Shown here: in pieces, positions 61,330 to 64,000 of the stretch
Layout: every line of letters begins with the position of its first letter
Numbering within the stretch: the first letter of the stretch is position 1
Origin: Octopus sinensis
Taxonomy: Eukaryota
DNA length: 64,000 nucleotides
Assembly (NCBI RefSeq): GCF_006345805.1
Contig: NC_043009.1
Span: 56,420,001 to 56,484,000, forward strand
Direction of reading: 5' to 3'
Made by a program: the position numbers and the translations under genes
The notes under the pieces: generated by a model
Told to the model about the DNA's origin: nothing
What the model saw: only the letters and a program-made list of their open reading frames with translations
Database searches by the model: none

Positions 61330-62480
61330 ATTAACAATGTCTGATAGCATTGATTGTAGAATACCTTTGGATGCAAGCTATACTGTGTTCCATTCCCTAG
61401 AATGGCAACTCCTGCCAAGCATTATCCTACCACTCTCATTTCCAGTATCTCAACAGTATGGCATCAATCATTCACAGTCATTCTCCTTTACCTCTAGCCT
61501 TAGTGACCCAGTACAGATTTCATGATGCCAGAACTACTGGAGACATACTTTCTTATATCTCTTGTCAATGGGCCTTGTGAAATTTGGTGAAAATTGTTGT
61601 TGCTTTCTATATCAGCAAAGCTTTTGACTTGGTTTCGCATGCAAATCTCTTGGTAAAAACTGCCTGTCTACAGGCTCTAACTGTTTCTCTTCTGGATTGG
61701 TAGATTTCTGTTCCCTGGAGTTTGATTTTGTTTCTAATATTCTTCCTCCTATAGATCAATGACTGTTTGCTGTTATCTCTAACAAACTCACTCTTTTGTG
61801 GATGATACCACCCTTCATTCCTCCTTTACCCAAACATCATCCATGTATCACTGTATATTTTGCAGCATTCTGTATATACTCCATGAACAAAGACCTTATA
61901 AACATCCATCAATGGCGTTGTGCCAATTTTGTCTCCTTCAATTGCACAAAGGTACAATCACTGTGCATATCAAGAAAAAAAAACAAACAAACCCTTATTG
62001 TGCCTCCTCTCCAAACATTAAATAGCATGTAACTAGAGCCTTGAAAGTTGTTATAGATGCTGGGTCTCATCATTACTTGGGATATCTTCTAGTCAGCATG
62101 CATCCTCAACATGACTGAAACTGCATTAAAAAGACAGGTCTTATTCTTTGATACCAGAAAATATTTCAGCCCTCAACAACAACTTCAGTGAAGTGAGGTT
62201 GATGGTACAGTCCACAGATGTGCTGTTTCCTCTTTTAGCTTTGTCTTTTACTACTACAGTGGTCTCTGGTCCTTGCAACTTTCTAGTTTTGTGCCATCTT
62301 CATTCAGGTACTCTTTGAATCACTCAGCTCTCGTTTTCTTGATACTCATGTTGTGTCTAAACTCTCAAGGTACCTCACTGACTGCTATGCTCCATCCTTT
62401 CTCTGTATAACATAAGCCCTCTGGAATTCCTTCATAGTACATATTTTTGCTGCAATCATCAGCTTTCAACTTTTTTCAGA
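61330..62480 (+). mobile_element. Ancient CR1/L2/Jockey-group LINE RT remnant
   Basis: ISKAFDLVSHANLLVK and VDDTTLHSSF motifs; many disruptions. Confidence 0.6.
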
Positions 62481-64000
62481 AGATTATATTGCAGCAATTT
62501 CATTACTTTGGATGTTTTGTGAAGGCCATGGTACATCCTGTTCTCCATATCAAGTCAGTTGTAAATAAATTATTTAAAAGATGTCAGGGGAGTTAAGTAG
62601 AGATATTAACTATGGAATAAAATGAAAACATTTAGTTTCTATTTCAGAGGTCACTTTTGGATGTATTTTTCTGAAATGACCCTTCACTAAAAGGTTCACA
62701 AAAGAACCTAATTTGTAAAACCTGTCTTCAATTTATTGTATTTTCTCTAGAGTGTAATGTTAATTTTGGGGGTTAATATATCTGTGTAATGTTTTTTATA
62801 GGAACTTTTATAATTTCAAATCATATTGTCTTTGCTCTTGTTCAATTTCTTCCTTGTACCGTCTCTCTTGTTAACAGACATTAAATGAATATATTGAGGA
62901 CATGACACCTCCCTAGTGATAGTGCCTTGAAAAAGAAAAAAAGGAAACCGGTACACTTTGTACAATGGTTGGCATTAGGAAGGGCATCTGACCATGAAAC
63001 TCATGAGAGATGTTTTCATTTTGTCATTTTGTTTGGAAACATTTTCCTAAGCAGTTCAGTTTTCAAAACTGTCATACTTTCAATACATGACATAAGATGT
63101 AATTGTGTTTGTGCAAATATTCTTAGTCTTACTCTGAAGATTGTATTGAGTTAAAACCCCGGCTAAAATGTTTTGAAATCATGTCCCTGACAACATTGTT
63201 TTATTCTTTTACTGGTTCCAGTCATTGGGTTGCAAACTAAGGCTTTTAATCTAGAACTTATTTCAATTTGGCACTTATTTTATCAATTTCTATTTATTGA
63301 ACCACTAAGTTACAACACATAAAAGAGACATATATATATTGTTATAGGCGCAGGAATGGTTGTGGTTTCAGGTTCAGCTCCTTAGATGTTAGTGTCTTTT
63401 ACTATAAACCTGCCATGTGAGTGAATTTGGTAGATGGAAACTGCAGGAACCCCATCATATTTGTATGTATGTATGTAAACATAAATGTTTGTCATTGTTT
63501 ATATATTCCATGCTTGCTGATGTTGGCATTCCGTGGTCACTTGAGGTATAAAGAATCCCATACTTGAAAAACAGCTTGGTTACAGGAAGAGCTATTTATA
63601 AAATCCTGCCTCAAATAATAAATCTTGGTCCAAACTCATGTTAACTTGGGAAAAACAGACATCAAATGAACGGATTGAGAACACGACACTCCAGTGATTG
63701 TGTTACAAAAATAAAAAGTGCACTCAGTACACTGTAAAGTTTTGGTGTTAGGAAGAATTTTCAACCATACAAAGGCAGAAATGAAACTCACTGGCAAAAT
63801 GTGCTTCTCCAACCTTCTGAATATTTGCTGATTTAAACTGTTGAAAGCCATCCAACCAATGCTAGTATAGAAAATGGATGTAAAACAATGATAATGATAG
63901 GCTTCTGCATAGTTTTCACCTACCAAAATTCACTCACATGTTTTTGATTGGCTTGGTTAATAAGAACACATGCTTCATAGAAAGATTATATATGTTAATA

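Noticed and set aside
55178-64000. Search for NAA15 exon 2 (xCYExKQY...)
   Set aside because: No matching in-frame exon found by eye; presumed to lie beyond the window

Overview
AT-rich, intron-containing animal DNA. The repeat landscape (tRNA-head SINEs, RTE and CR1 LINEs, Penelope, large (TA/CA)n tracts) looks like an octopus/coleoid cephalopod genome; this is an inference. Three protein-coding genes are supported by manual splicing. (1) PCF11 on +, 14 coding exons at 1349-13331, with the first exon lying upstream of the window. (2) Rab33 on -, three coding exons (54830-54840, 54322-54676, 34027-34506) and a 19.8-kb repeat-filled intron. (3) The first coding exon of NAA15/16 on + (55121-55177), head-to-head with Rab33 across only 280 bp. 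Most other ORFs in the track are antisense shadows, retroelement remnants or microsatellite artefacts. The most notable unexplained structures are: several type-I hammerhead-ribozyme motifs, including two back-to-back inverted pairs and one inside a 167-bp-inverted-repeat element (Penelope-like); an 871-bp originally zero-spacer palindrome plus two more fold-backs clustered near the Rab33 3' splice site; a composite pseudo-exon copy and a candidate poison exon/intronic polyA site in PCF11; and a full-length decayed U1 snRNA copy in the Rab33 intron. All alignments and counts were made by eye; no searches were run.
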